In this document: positions 18,481 through 28,867 of the stretch, piece after piece
Layout: each line of letters starts with the position of its first letter
Numbering within the stretch: the first letter of the stretch is position 1
Origin: Acidimicrobiia bacterium
Lineage (GTDB): Bacteria > Actinomycetota > Acidimicrobiia > Spongiisociales > SHLN01
Direction of reading: 5' to 3'
DNA: 64,000 bases
Assembly (NCBI GenBank): GCA_013002865.1
Contig: JABDLU010000202.1
Location: forward strand, 1,062 to 65,061
Position numbers and translations under genes: made by a program
Notes under the pieces: model-generated
Databases searched by the model: none
What the model was told of the DNA's origin: nothing
The model's input: only the letters and a program-made list of their open reading frames with translations

Positions 18481-19534
18481 CGGCCGCCTCCAGCACCGCA
18501 GCCGCCACCCGCCCGGCGGCATCGGGCTTCCCGACCGCCCGGGCGGCCGCACGCCGCCGGGCGAGCTCCTCGGGCACGAGGGCGGCCTCCACCACGGCCG
18601 GCAGCCGGTCGAGCTGTTCCTGGTCGAGCAGCACGGCCCCGCCGGCGTCCACCAGGAAGGCAGCGTTGGCGCGCTGATGGCCTCCGGCGCCGGGATAGGG
18701 GACGAGAATCGACGGGGTGCCGGTGACCGCCAGCTCGCTGACCGTGAGCGCTCCGGCCCGGGCGATGGCGACGTCGGCGGCAGCGTAGAAGTACCCCATC
18801 TGGTCTTCGAAGGGCACCACGTGCCAGTGCGACTCGCCCGCAGCCCGGGCGGTCCATTCGGTGTGCTGATCCGGACCCGCCAGGTGAAGGAGCTGCGATC
18901 CACCGCCGGCCAGTGCGGCGGCCGCGACGTTGAGGACGGCGGCTCCCTGACTGCCGCCCAGAATCCCAATGACCGGCCGGTCGGGTGACAGCCCATACCG
19001 GTCGAGCGCCTCGACCCGGGACGGCACCCGGGTGACGAGGTCGGCTCGAAGCGGATTGCCGACCACCTCCGCCCGCGTGAGAGCTGCCTGGGCCGCCGGG
19101 AACGCGACGAACACCGAATCGGCCCACCGGGCCGCCCACCGGTTGGCCCGGCCGGGCACGGCGTTTTGTTCGTGAATGAGCAGCGGCACACCCGCCCGCC
19201 GGGCCGCGATGGCAGCCGGCCCGGTTATGTACCCGCCCATGGCAAGCACGGCGGTGACGTGGCGGTCCCGGATCTGTCGGCGGACGGCCCGGGCGGCCGC
19301 CAGCAGCTGCCCGACCACCCGGGCGTTGCGCAGGCTGAACGAGCGCGCCAGGCCGGCCATTCGCAGCTGAATCAGCTCGTAGCCGGCCGCCGGCACGACC
19401 CTGGCTTCGAGGCGGTCCCCGCCGAAGAACACGACGTCCGATCGGGCCACCCCCAGCACATGGAGCGCCTCGGCCACCGCCAGGGCGGGGAACACGTGGC
19501 CCCCGGTTCCGGCGGCGGCGATGGCGATGGTCAC
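18473..19534 (-). CDS. murG: MurG glycosyltransferase
   Basis: GTGGHVFP, GGYI, HEQN, GGSQGA, RAGA. Confidence 0.96.
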   Translation of the reverse strand: MTIAIAAAGTGGHVFPALAVAEALHVLGVARSDVVFFGGDRLEARVVPAAGYELIQLRMAGLARSFSLRNARVVGQLLAAARAVRRQIRDRHVTAVLAMGGYITGPAAIAARRAGVPLLIHEQNAVPGRANRWAARWADSVFVAFPAAQAALTRAEVVGNPLRADLVTRVPSRVEALDRYGLSPDRPVIGILGGSQGAAVLNVAAAALAGGGSQLLHLAGPDQHTEWTARAAGESHWHVVPFEDQMGYFYAAADVAIARAGALTVSELAVTGTPSILVPYPGAGGHQRANAAFLVDAGGAVLLDQEQLDRLPAVVEAALVPEELARRRAAARAVGKPDAAGRVAAAVLEAAGA

Positions 19535-20691
19535 GACTGGGTGCGACGCCGGCGGGCGATGTTGATCAGCACCCCGACCGCGGCCATTTCAACCACGAGC
19601 GCGCTTCCGCCGAAGGAGACAAACGGCAGCGGCAGGCCGGTGATCGGGAGGATGGCGGTCACTCCGCCCAGGTTGACGATCGACTGGATGCCGAGCCAGG
19701 CGACGATGCCGGTGGCCAGCATCCGGCCGAAGTCGTCGCGGGCACGAATCGCCACCGTGATGCCGGCCAGGGTGAATACCGCCAGCATCACCAGCACCGC
19801 TCCCGCCCCGATGAGACCGGTCTCCTCGCCGATGATGGCGTAGATGAAGTCGGTATGGGCGTTGGGGAGGAACTCCCACCGGGCCCGGCTGGCGCCGAGC
19901 CCCACCCCGAAGAACCCCCCGGTTCCGAGCGCAAACAGCGACTGCACACCCTGGAAGCCGCTTCCGAGCGGGTCGCTGAACGGGTCGAGGAAGCCGGTGA
20001 TGCGATCCCAGCGGTAATCGGCTGCCATCGCCAGCAGGAGGGCGGCCACACCGCCGGCGGCCGCCGAACCGGCCACGAACCGGAAGGGGGCATCGGATGC
20101 GACGAGCACGGCGAGCGCACCCGCCCCGATGATGATGGTCGTGCCCAGGTCAGGCTGGAGGATGGTGAGCCCCCCGATGAGGCCGAGGCTGGCGGCCACC
20201 GGCCAGAAGAAGTGGGCAAAGTCGGTGAGTAGCTCGCGCTTGCGGGCCATCACCATCGAGAGGAACACGACCACGGCGAACTTGGCGAACTCGGATGGCT
20301 GAATGGTGATCGGCCCGACCTCCAGCCAGGAACGGCTCCCGCCCCGCACTACGCCGAACAGCAGCACCGCGACGAGCGACAACGCCGAGACGGCAAGGAT
20401 GCCCGGCGCCGACCGGCGGTAGAGGTCGTACGGCACCCGGACGGCCACCAGCAGCGCCGCGGTACCGACCGCCGCCCACATGAGTTGACGCCGGAAGTAA
20501 TAGAGAGAGCTCTGGTCCTCGGCCAGGGCACGGACTGAGCTGGCCGACAGGATCGCACCGAGGCCGACGACGAGCAGCACCACCATGGGAACGACCAGCA
20601 GCGTGACGATCCGGCGGATCACCACCGTTTCGGTGTCGCGGCGCCGGGCGCGGGACCGGGCGGCGGTGATCGAGGTCACCTTGGCGGTCAT
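19531..20691 (-). CDS. ftsW: Peptidoglycan glycosyltransferase FtsW
   Basis: IQPSEFAK, QPDLGT, PNAHTDFI, TGLPLPFVSFGGS. Confidence 0.96.
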   Translation of the reverse strand: MTAKVTSITAARSRARRRDTETVVIRRIVTLLVVPMVVLLVVGLGAILSASSVRALAEDQSSLYYFRRQLMWAAVGTAALLVAVRVPYDLYRRSAPGILAVSALSLVAVLLFGVVRGGSRSWLEVGPITIQPSEFAKFAVVVFLSMVMARKRELLTDFAHFFWPVAASLGLIGGLTILQPDLGTTIIIGAGALAVLVASDAPFRFVAGSAAAGGVAALLLAMAADYRWDRITGFLDPFSDPLGSGFQGVQSLFALGTGGFFGVGLGASRARWEFLPNAHTDFIYAIIGEETGLIGAGAVLVMLAVFTLAGITVAIRARDDFGRMLATGIVAWLGIQSIVNLGGVTAILPITGLPLPFVSFGGSALVVEMAAVGVLINIARRRRTQS

Positions 20692-21980
20692 GCCGTCACC
20701 CCGTGATGGGCCAGGGCAACGGCCGCGAACGAGTCACCCCGTGCCGCGTAGGAGTCGAACATGTCGAAGCTGGCGCACCCGGGAGCCAGCAGCACCGTGT
20801 CTCCCGGAACGGCAACCCGGCCCGCCATCGCCACCGCTTCCTCCATGGTGGCGGCCTGGTCAACGGGAGCCGGTTGTCTGGCCGACACAATCTCGCCGGC
20901 GGCCTCACCGATGGCGATCACATGCCTGACCGACGGCCGGTTCAAGAAGGTGCTGAGGTCGAGGCTCTTGTTACGGCCGCCGGCAATCAGCACCACGGAG
21001 GCGAAGGCATCGACGGCGGCGCGGGCGGCGTGCGGATTGGTTGCCTTGGAATCATCGACCCAGGTGATTCCATCCCAGGTTCCGACGACCGTGCGGCGGT
21101 GCGGCCCGGGCGTGAACGCGCTGACGACGCCCGCTACCGCTTCGAGGTCCGTGCCCAGCTCGAGGGCGGCGCTGGCCGCGGCTGCGAGATCCAGGACGAA
21201 GGCCGGGTCGCGCCACTCTCCGAGCGGGATGGGGCCGTGCCGGGTGATGATGGCGCCCGACCCATCCGGCCCCGCTCCTCCGGCGGGAACGCGAAAGCCC
21301 GAAACGGGCACCAGCTCGGCGGCCGCTTCGGCAATCGCCGAAACGGCCAGATCGGAATCTTGTCCGTAGATGAGCACGTCACCGGCGTCCTGGTTGCGAA
21401 AGATGTTGGCTTTGGCAGCGATATAGGCATCAAGTGTCCCATGCCAATCCAGGTGATCCTCGGCAATGTTCAGGAGAACGGCGATCCGGGGGTGGAAGCG
21501 GTCGATGAAGCGCAACTGGAAGCTGGACACCTCCGTAACGAACACATCCCACTCCTCCCGGGCGACTGTGGAGAAGGCGGTGCCGATGTTGCCGGTGGCG
21601 ACCGCTCTCCTTCCGCCGGCGCTGATCATGTCCGCGAGCACCCGGGTCACGGTGGTCTTGCCGTTCGTGCCGGTGACCGCCACGATCGGGGCGGCCGCCA
21701 CCGTCGAGGCCAGCTCGATCTCAGAGATGATCGGGATGCCGGCGACGAGCGCATCGCGCACCTCAGGGGCGTGCTCGGGAACGCCGGGGCTGACGACAAC
21801 GCGATCGACGCGATCAAGCAGATCGGCGGTCCATTCCCCCGAGGCAGTCGGGTACGCAATGGCAACCGGCGCCACGGCGTCGGGACGCCGGTCGAAGATC
21901 AGCACCTCATCGCCGAGGTCCCCGGCCAGCCCGGCAGCGGCCAGTCCGCTGACCCCCGCACCGATCACCAGGGTCCTCAC
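20688..21980 (-). CDS. murD: UDP-MurNAc-L-Ala--D-glutamate ligase
   Basis: VSPGV, GTNGKTT, EVSSFQL, DSKATN, PGCASFD. Confidence 0.96.
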   Translation of the reverse strand: MRTLVIGAGVSGLAAAGLAGDLGDEVLIFDRRPDAVAPVAIAYPTASGEWTADLLDRVDRVVVSPGVPEHAPEVRDALVAGIPIISEIELASTVAAAPIVAVTGTNGKTTVTRVLADMISAGGRRAVATGNIGTAFSTVAREEWDVFVTEVSSFQLRFIDRFHPRIAVLLNIAEDHLDWHGTLDAYIAAKANIFRNQDAGDVLIYGQDSDLAVSAIAEAAAELVPVSGFRVPAGGAGPDGSGAIITRHGPIPLGEWRDPAFVLDLAAAASAALELGTDLEAVAGVVSAFTPGPHRRTVVGTWDGITWVDDSKATNPHAARAAVDAFASVVLIAGGRNKSLDLSTFLNRPSVRHVIAIGEAAGEIVSARQPAPVDQAATMEEAVAMAGRVAVPGDTVLLAPGCASFDMFDSYAARGDSFAAVALAHHGVTA

Positions 21981-23029
21981 GAGAGGCCGCCCTCCATCGA
22001 AATGAAGTCGCCGTAGAAGATGCCGAGGCCGAGGGCTACGCAAATACCGGCGATGATCCAGAAGCGGATGATGACGGTGGTCTCGGGCCATCCCCCGAGC
22101 TCAAAGTGGTGGTGGATGGGCGCCATCCGGAAGATACGCCGCCCGAAGAGACGGAACGAGGCTACTTGCAGGATCACCGAGACCGTCACCATCAGATAGA
22201 GGCCGCCGAGGACGGCCAGCAAGAGATGGGTGTTGGTCAGCAGCGCAAGCGCCGCCATGGCGCCGCCGAGGGCCTGGGACCCCACATCGCCCATGAACAG
22301 CTCGGCGGGAGCGGCGTTGTACCACAGGAATCCCATGACCGACCCGAGCAGTGCCGCGGCAAGAATCCCGAGGTCGAGGGCGCCGTCGACCGAATAGACC
22401 GCCGGGTTGCGGAACTGCCAGAACCCGATGATCACGAAGGCGCCGAACACCAGCGCGCTCGATCCCGCTGCCAGGCCATCGAGCCCGTCGGTGAGGTTCA
22501 CGGCGTTTGCGGTGGCGGTCAGCAGGAACAGCACCCACAGCGGGTAGGCCCAGCCGAGATCGAATCCGATCTCCCGGGTGAAGGACAGCTCGGTCGAGAC
22601 CCCCGCCGCCACCGCCCCCCAGGCAAACAGCCCCGCCACCAGCAGCTGACCGCCGAACTTCCACCGCTTGCTCAGGCCGAGGTTCTCCTTGCGGGCATAC
22701 TTTTGATAGTCGTCGATGAACCCGATGACACCCATCCCGATGAAGGCCAGCAGCGCCAGCCCGGCTTCGGCGCTGAACGGGCGGGGATCGAGCCCGAAGC
22801 CCTGTTCGGGAGACCAGATGCGCAGGTGGGCGACGAGGTAGCCGAGCACGGCCGCCACCAGGATCACCGAGCCGCCCATCGTCGGTGTGCCGCGCTTGTG
22901 GGAGTGGCCGGCGACGTCTTCCTGGATGAACTGGCCAACGTCGTTACGGCGCAACGCCCGGATCACCGGCGGCATCGCCACGAAGGACAGGCCAAAGCCA
23001 ACGGTGACGGCGATCAGCAGAGCGATCAC
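21977..23029 (-). CDS. mraY: Phospho-N-acetylmuramoyl-pentapeptide transferase
   Basis: KRGTPTMGG, NAVNLTDGLDGL, FMGDVGS, MAPIHHHFE. Confidence 0.97.
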   Translation of the reverse strand: MIALLIAVTVGFGLSFVAMPPVIRALRRNDVGQFIQEDVAGHSHKRGTPTMGGSVILVAAVLGYLVAHLRIWSPEQGFGLDPRPFSAEAGLALLAFIGMGVIGFIDDYQKYARKENLGLSKRWKFGGQLLVAGLFAWGAVAAGVSTELSFTREIGFDLGWAYPLWVLFLLTATANAVNLTDGLDGLAAGSSALVFGAFVIIGFWQFRNPAVYSVDGALDLGILAAALLGSVMGFLWYNAAPAELFMGDVGSQALGGAMAALALLTNTHLLLAVLGGLYLMVTVSVILQVASFRLFGRRIFRMAPIHHHFELGGWPETTVIIRFWIIAGICVALGLGIFYGDFISMEGGLS

Positions 23030-24339
23030 GGGACCAGCTCCCCGGCGACCACTTCCAAGCCCACCGACCGTGACGCCTTGACCAGCACGACGTCTCCGTT
23101 GCCGACCCGTTCCGAGATGGCCCGGGTGGCGGACTCCACATCCGGGGCCGAAACAGCAATGTCGCCGGCGCCTTCCGCGATCCCTGGGTCGTCTCCGACG
23201 ACGACCACCGTCTCAAACCCCAGCTCACGGGCGAGCCGGCCAATGCTGCGATGGGCTTGCGAGGAGGCCTCCCCCAGCTCGGCCATCATGCCGAGCACCG
23301 CCAGGTGGCGCCCCGGCATGCCGGCGACGGTCCGGAGGGCGGCCGTCATCGAGGTCGGGTTGGCGTTGTAGGCATCGTTGACCACCGTGTAGGAGCCGGC
23401 CGTCACTTCCATGCGCCACGATGAGCCGGTGGCTTCGGCCAGCCCGGAGGCGAGGTCGGGCAGCGCCCGCCCGAGCGCCAGCCCGGCGGCGGTGGCGGCG
23501 GCGGCATTGACTGCTTGATGCGCCCCGGCCATTTCGAGCTGCACCTCGACACTCTCTCCGTACGCCGACAAGCGGAACGACGGCCGTGCCAGATCGTCGA
23601 GGACCACCTCCCCGACCGAAACATCGCCGTCGGCTCCGAATGTAGTGACCTGGACGCCGTCACGATCCGCCCATTCGAGCAGTACGGGGTCGTCGACGGG
23701 CAGGACGGCGACGCCCGCCGGCCCGAGCCCCTGGACCAGCTCCCACTTGGCGGTGCGAACCATCTCGACGGTGCCGAGGGTGGCGAGATGGCTGGCGCCG
23801 ATGCCGGTGATGATGGCGACGTCGGGCCGCACCACGTCGATGAGGGTCCGGATGTGGCCGACACCGCGGCTCCCCACCTCGAGCACGGCTACCTCGGAGT
23901 CGGGCGGCGTCGACAGCAGGGTAAGCGGGACACCGATCTCGTTGTTGAACGAGCGCGGGGAGGCCCACGTCCCCCGGCCGAGTGCGCTCGCCAGCAGGTC
24001 CTTGCACGATGTCTTGCCGGTGCTGCCGGTGATGCCGACGGTCCGCAGATCGGCCAGCTCGCCGCGGCGGGCCTCGGCCAGCCGGCGCAGAGCCACCAGC
24101 GTATCGGGCACTTCGATCCGCGGCTCGAGCGGGACCGGGTGGTCGACCATGACGGCGGCCGCACCGCCGGCCAGAGCCTCGCCGGCAAAGGCCGCCCCAT
24201 CGAAGTTCTCCCCGCGCAGCGCAACAAACAGGTCTCCCGGCTTGAGCGTCCGGGTGTCGGTGCTCACCCCGGTGATCTCGGCCGAGCCGACCGCGCTCCC
24301 CCCGGTGATCCCGGCAACGTCGGCGGCTGTCCACCTCAT
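23026..24339 (-). CDS. murF: UDP-MurNAc-tripeptide--D-Ala-D-Ala ligase
   Basis: Start MRWTAAD; GSTGKTS, SFNNEIG, NDAYNANP, LVKASR. Confidence 0.95.
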   Translation of the reverse strand: MRWTAADVAGITGGSAVGSAEITGVSTDTRTLKPGDLFVALRGENFDGAAFAGEALAGGAAAVMVDHPVPLEPRIEVPDTLVALRRLAEARRGELADLRTVGITGSTGKTSCKDLLASALGRGTWASPRSFNNEIGVPLTLLSTPPDSEVAVLEVGSRGVGHIRTLIDVVRPDVAIITGIGASHLATLGTVEMVRTAKWELVQGLGPAGVAVLPVDDPVLLEWADRDGVQVTTFGADGDVSVGEVVLDDLARPSFRLSAYGESVEVQLEMAGAHQAVNAAAATAAGLALGRALPDLASGLAEATGSSWRMEVTAGSYTVVNDAYNANPTSMTAALRTVAGMPGRHLAVLGMMAELGEASSQAHRSIGRLARELGFETVVVVGDDPGIAEGAGDIAVSAPDVESATRAISERVGNGDVVLVKASRSVGLEVVAGELVP

Positions 24340-25769
24340 CGCGCCGCCACCACTTCTGCCGCCACCACCCGATCGTCGAAGGGCGTGACCCGGCCGGCGA
24401 CCTCCTGGCCGGTCTCGTGACCCTTGCCGAGGATGAGCACCGCGTCGGTGGGGCCGGCCGATCGGATGGCGGCACCGATGGCCCGGCGCCGGTCCGGTTC
24501 GACGGTGACCCGGGCGGGGCCGTCTGCACCGGAGAGCACGGCCTTGATGATCGCCGCCGGGTCTTCCGACCGGGGATTGTCCGAGGTGACGTACAGCACA
24601 TCGGCCTGAGCGGCCGCCCGGCCCATGGCGGGGCGCTTGTCGCCGTCGCGGTCTCCGCCGGCGCCGACGACAACAATGACGTCGCCGGACACGAGCGGCC
24701 GGACCGATTGCAGCACCCGGGCGATCCCGTCGGGGGTGTGGGCGTAGTCGACAACGATGGCCGTCTCCTGGCCGAGGGCGACCGGCTCCATCCGTCCGGG
24801 GATGGGCTCGACGGTCTCGAGGCCTCGAATGACCGTCTCGATGTCCATCCCGAGCGCCACCGACGCCGCGGCGGCTATGGCCGCGTTTTCGACGTTGAAC
24901 GACCCCCCGAGCGGCAACCGGATGGTGTGGCCGCCCGCCGGGGTCACCAGCCGAAAGGTGCTGCGGCTCAGTTCCAGCTCGAGCATCTCCACCCGGTAGT
25001 CGCCGTCCGCTCCGACCGAGATGACCTGACGACTCGACATCTCGGCCAGGCGCCTGCCCCACTCGTCGTCGACATTGATGACGGCCGGACCGTCTCCGCT
25101 CATGAACAGCCGCGCCTTGGTCTGGAAGTAGGACTCCATGTCCCCGTGCAGATCGAGGTGGTCCTGGCTGAGATTGGTGAAGGCGACAACGGCGAACTCG
25201 GTGTGGGCTGTCCGGCCGAAGCTGAGGGCGTGAGAGGAGACTTCGACGGCGGCAACCGCAGCCCCGGCATCAACCATGCGGCGGAGTAGTCGCTGCAGGT
25301 CGGACCCCTCCGGAGAGGTGCGCTCCAGCGGCAGATGCTGTGACCCGATGCGGGCCCCGACCGTCCCGATCACGCCGGGAACCCCTCCCGAGGCTTCGAC
25401 GATGGCGGCCACCAGGTGCGCAACGGTCGTCTTGCCGTTCGTTCCTGTGATCCCGAGCACCGGGAGCTCACGGGAGGGATGGCCGTGAACTTCGGCGGCG
25501 AGTGCCGGGAGGGCCAGGCGAGTGTCGCCCACCACCAGCTGGGGCAGCCCTGCCTCGACCGGGCTCTCAACGCAGGCGGCTGCTGCGGCCGAGCCGGCAA
25601 CAAAGGCGTGGCCGTCGGCGTTGGCACCCCTGATCGCTACGAAGAGATCTCCCGGCCCGGCGGTGCGGCTGTCGTGGGTCACATCGCGCACTCTCACGGA
25701 GCCGTCGCCCTGCACGACGCCGTCGACCACCGCGCTGAGGTCGGCGAGCTGCCGCCCCTCACCGGACAT
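24336..25769 (-). CDS. murE: UDP-MurNAc-dipeptide--meso-diaminopimelate ligase
   Basis: GTNGKTT, EVSSH, VDYAHTPD, DNPR (DAP-specific motif), GKGHE. Confidence 0.96.
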   Translation of the reverse strand: MSGEGRQLADLSAVVDGVVQGDGSVRVRDVTHDSRTAGPGDLFVAIRGANADGHAFVAGSAAAAACVESPVEAGLPQLVVGDTRLALPALAAEVHGHPSRELPVLGITGTNGKTTVAHLVAAIVEASGGVPGVIGTVGARIGSQHLPLERTSPEGSDLQRLLRRMVDAGAAVAAVEVSSHALSFGRTAHTEFAVVAFTNLSQDHLDLHGDMESYFQTKARLFMSGDGPAVINVDDEWGRRLAEMSSRQVISVGADGDYRVEMLELELSRSTFRLVTPAGGHTIRLPLGGSFNVENAAIAAAASVALGMDIETVIRGLETVEPIPGRMEPVALGQETAIVVDYAHTPDGIARVLQSVRPLVSGDVIVVVGAGGDRDGDKRPAMGRAAAQADVLYVTSDNPRSEDPAAIIKAVLSGADGPARVTVEPDRRRAIGAAIRSAGPTDAVLILGKGHETGQEVAGRVTPFDDRVVAAEVVAAR

Positions 25770-27477
25770 CGGGTGGCACTCCCATCTGATGGAGCGCAAA
25801 GCGCATGACTCGCGAGAAGGCCGGGGCAGCGGCCACCCCGCCGGTGCGCTTCTTCGGAACGCTCGGCGAGTCGACGAACACCCCGATGGCGAGCCGGGGG
25901 TCATCGCTCGGGCCGATCCCGATGAAGCTGGCCACCACGTCGTCGCCGTAGCACCCGGGCGACTCGGCCCCCGGACAGACCAGGTCGGGCTCAAACTTCT
26001 CCGTCGTTCCGGTCTTGCCCCCGACCCGGTATCCATCCACCTGGGCATACTGGCCGGTCCCACCCTCGACGACGCCCGCCAGCATGTCTTGCATGATCTG
26101 GGCGGTCTCGACCGACAGCACGCGCTGACGCTGCTGATCGAACTCGGTGATCGAGCCGTCCGTCTCCACGATGGAGTTGACGACCTGGGGCTGGATCCAC
26201 ACCCCATCGTTGCCGACGGCGGCGAACACGGCCGTCATCTGCAGCGGCGTGACCGCCACCCGGTAGCCGATAGCGGTAGATGCCCCGCAGGAATCGCACC
26301 ACTCCTCAGCGGGGCGCACCAGGCCGGGCGCCTCGCCGGGGAAGTTGATTCCCGAGTAGGTACCGAGGCCGAAACCCTGCAGGTAGCGGTACAGCAGCGG
26401 GTTGCCGAGCTCCTGCCACACCAGGATGGTGCCGACGTTTGAGGACCGGGCCACGATATCGGCCACGGTGAGGTCGACGGTGTCGTGCTCGGTGAAGTCG
26501 AAGTACTCGCGATCAAACACCTCGATGCGGTCGGGCACCTCGAAAATCCGATCTGGCGTGACGATGCCTTCCTCGATGGCCGCGGCGATAGTGATGAGTT
26601 TCTGGGTCGATCCCGGCTCGAACGTGTCGGTGACCACGCGGTTGCGGAACAGTTCGGCGTCGCCGCCGATGTGATTCGGATCGAATGTTGGGGCGCTCGC
26701 CATCGCTAGGACCTCAGATGTCGTCACGTCTAGGACGACGATGTGCACCGCCGTGGCTCCCGTTTCTTCGAGGGTCCCCTGGGCTTCCTGCTGGGCGAAG
26801 AACTGCAGCTCGCCGTCGATAGTCAGGGTCAGGTCCTGGCCCCGCACCGCTTCCTGCACCTCGTACTCGCCCTGGGGGATCACCCGGCCCCGGCCCGATC
26901 GTTCGAAGATGAGCTGGCCGGGTTCGCCGGTGAGGACGTCCTCGTACATCTGCTCGATGCCTTCCAGCCCATCGTTGTCGATGCCGACAAACCCGAGCAC
27001 CTGGGCCGCCAGGTCACCGGAGGGGTAGACCCGCTTGGGCTCAGGAAGGAAGTGGACGCCGTCCAGCTCCAGCGCCCGGATGGCTTCCGCCTCCCCGTGC
27101 AGGAGCTTGCGGGCCAGATACACGAAGCCGGTGTCCCGTTCGAGGTCGGCCTGTATCTCCCCTACCGGCCGGCCAAGCAGCCCGGACAGCGCCGAAGCGG
27201 TCAGAGCCGGGTCGGCGATCTCCCGGGGATTGGCGTACACGCTGGTCGCCTCGATGGTGAGAGCGAGCTCCCGGCCGTCCCGATCGAAGATCGTGCCGCG
27301 CTCGGCCTCGAGTGTGACGGTGCGGAGCCGCTGGTCGAGCGCCTGATCCTCCAGGGTCTGGGCCTGCACCCCCTGGACGAACACCAGCTTCGCCCCGATG
27401 GTGAGCCACGCTGCCAGGAACAGCGCTCCCACCAGGAACAGCCGCATGTGCTGAGGGCGCCATCGTTTGCGCCCCAC
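25759..27477 (-). CDS. ftsI: Class B penicillin-binding protein FtsI
   Basis: RGTIFDR, EPGSTQK (SxxK), SSN, KTGT. Confidence 0.94.
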   Translation of the reverse strand: MGRKRWRPQHMRLFLVGALFLAAWLTIGAKLVFVQGVQAQTLEDQALDQRLRTVTLEAERGTIFDRDGRELALTIEATSVYANPREIADPALTASALSGLLGRPVGEIQADLERDTGFVYLARKLLHGEAEAIRALELDGVHFLPEPKRVYPSGDLAAQVLGFVGIDNDGLEGIEQMYEDVLTGEPGQLIFERSGRGRVIPQGEYEVQEAVRGQDLTLTIDGELQFFAQQEAQGTLEETGATAVHIVVLDVTTSEVLAMASAPTFDPNHIGGDAELFRNRVVTDTFEPGSTQKLITIAAAIEEGIVTPDRIFEVPDRIEVFDREYFDFTEHDTVDLTVADIVARSSNVGTILVWQELGNPLLYRYLQGFGLGTYSGINFPGEAPGLVRPAEEWCDSCGASTAIGYRVAVTPLQMTAVFAAVGNDGVWIQPQVVNSIVETDGSITEFDQQRQRVLSVETAQIMQDMLAGVVEGGTGQYAQVDGYRVGGKTGTTEKFEPDLVCPGAESPGCYGDDVVASFIGIGPSDDPRLAIGVFVDSPSVPKKRTGGVAAAPAFSRVMRFALHQMGVPPDVR

Positions 27478-27533
27478 GGCTCAGCGCTCCAACCGGCCTG
27501 AGACACCGCCCGGGATGGCAGCGCTCAGCCCGG

Positions 27534-27941
27534 TCACTTTGCCCCCACGGTGGCCAGCAGCACGGTCGACCCCGACGTGGCCAGCTGGCCACCATCATCA
27601 TCGGTATCCGGCATCGGCGCGTACACCGTGCGCGCCTCCCCCGGCAGGACCATGTTCATCTTCTCAGCCTCGGCGTAGATCCGCTGCGGCGATTCGAGCT
27701 GGGCGACTTCGAGCCTGAGCTGGTCGTACCGGGTCTGCTGCTCGGCTATCTGGCCCTCGAGCGTGGCAATCTGGAAGGCGGCCCGATCCAGGTAGATGCG
27801 GGAGTAGATCAACGCGAAGAACATGGCAACGGCCAGCACCAGCCAACCGAATTGACGGACACTGAGCGAGCTGGGCTGGCGGCCGGGAATGACCCGAAGC
27901 CGCGACCGGGGCAGCCGGAGGGGGGCGGTTCTGGTGGCCAT
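27534..27941 (-). CDS. ftsL: FtsL-like cell division protein
   Basis: TM helix, coiled coil, LESPQRI; lies between rsmH and ftsI. Confidence 0.75.
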   Translation of the reverse strand: MATRTAPLRLPRSRLRVIPGRQPSSLSVRQFGWLVLAVAMFFALIYSRIYLDRAAFQIATLEGQIAEQQTRYDQLRLEVAQLESPQRIYAEAEKMNMVLPGEARTVYAPMPDTDDDGGQLATSGSTVLLATVGAK

Positions 27942-28867
27942 CAGCCCGCCTCACCGACGCGCTCAACCGCCCGGAGCCGGGCGCTGCGGGCCCGCGGGTT
28001 GGCGGCGATTTCGGCTTCGTCCGGCATGATCGGCTTGCGATGCACCAGCCGGAAATCGGGAGCGGCGGCTGGCATGACTACCGGAAGGGAAGTCTCGTCC
28101 GGTGAGGAGGAGGCCGACACCAGCCGCCGCTTGACTATGCGATCTTCGAGGGAGTGGTAGGCGATCACCGCGACCCGGCCCCCGGGCCGAACGATCTGAA
28201 GGGCACCGTCGAGACCTTCCTGGAGGGCGGCCAGCTCGTCGTTGACGGCAATCCGGAGCGCCTGAAAGGTGCGCCGGGCCGGGTGGCCGCCCGTGCGCCG
28301 CGTGGCGGCCGGGATGGCGGTTTTGACGATCTCCGCCAGCGTGACGGTGTCCTCGATGGGCCGGGCGCGGACGATGGCCCGGGCAATACGGCCGGCGAAG
28401 CGCTCTTCGCCGAAGCGGCCGATGATGCGACGGAGCTCAGCCTCATCCGCCGAGTTGACCAGTTCGTGCGCGGTGAGCGAGCCATCGCCCATCCGCATAT
28501 CAAGAGGACCGCTTCGGCGGAAGCCAAAACCTCGCGCGGCGTCGTCAAGCTGTAGAGAGGAAAGTCCAAGATCAAAGAAGACACCCGTGACCGCATCGAT
28601 CGCTTCCTCCTCAGCTACTTCGGCCAGGTGCCGGAAGTCGGAGTTCACGAAGTGAACCCTGGGGCCGAGTGTGGCGGCGCGGTCCCCGGCTGCCGGGTCC
28701 CGGTCGAGTGCTAGGAATCGGACGTCCGGGGCGAGCTCTTCCAGGAGCCGCCGGGTGTGCCCGCCCCCGCCGAAGGTGGCGTCCACTATCACACCAGATT
28801 CGATGGGGCGAAAGAGGTCGGTCACCTGCTCGACGAGGACCGGTTGGTGCTGTGGAGCCTGGTGCAT
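27941..28867 (-). CDS. rsmH: 16S rRNA m4C1402 methyltransferase
   Basis: HQPVL, DATFGGGGH, DLGLSS, FQALRIAVNDE, YHSLEDR, NPRARSA. Confidence 0.97.
   Translation of the reverse strand: MHQAPQHQPVLVEQVTDLFRPIESGVIVDATFGGGGHTRRLLEELAPDVRFLALDRDPAAGDRAATLGPRVHFVNSDFRHLAEVAEEEAIDAVTGVFFDLGLSSLQLDDAARGFGFRRSGPLDMRMGDGSLTAHELVNSADEAELRRIIGRFGEERFAGRIARAIVRARPIEDTVTLAEIVKTAIPAATRRTGGHPARRTFQALRIAVNDELAALQEGLDGALQIVRPGGRVAVIAYHSLEDRIVKRRLVSASSSPDETSLPVVMPAAAPDFRLVHRKPIMPDEAEIAANPRARSARLRAVERVGEAG

Noticed and set aside
17128..26207. Apparent oversized or fused murC, murF and murE ORFs
   Set aside because: The extensions are stop-free read-back into upstream genes in another frame; true starts overlap the preceding stops.
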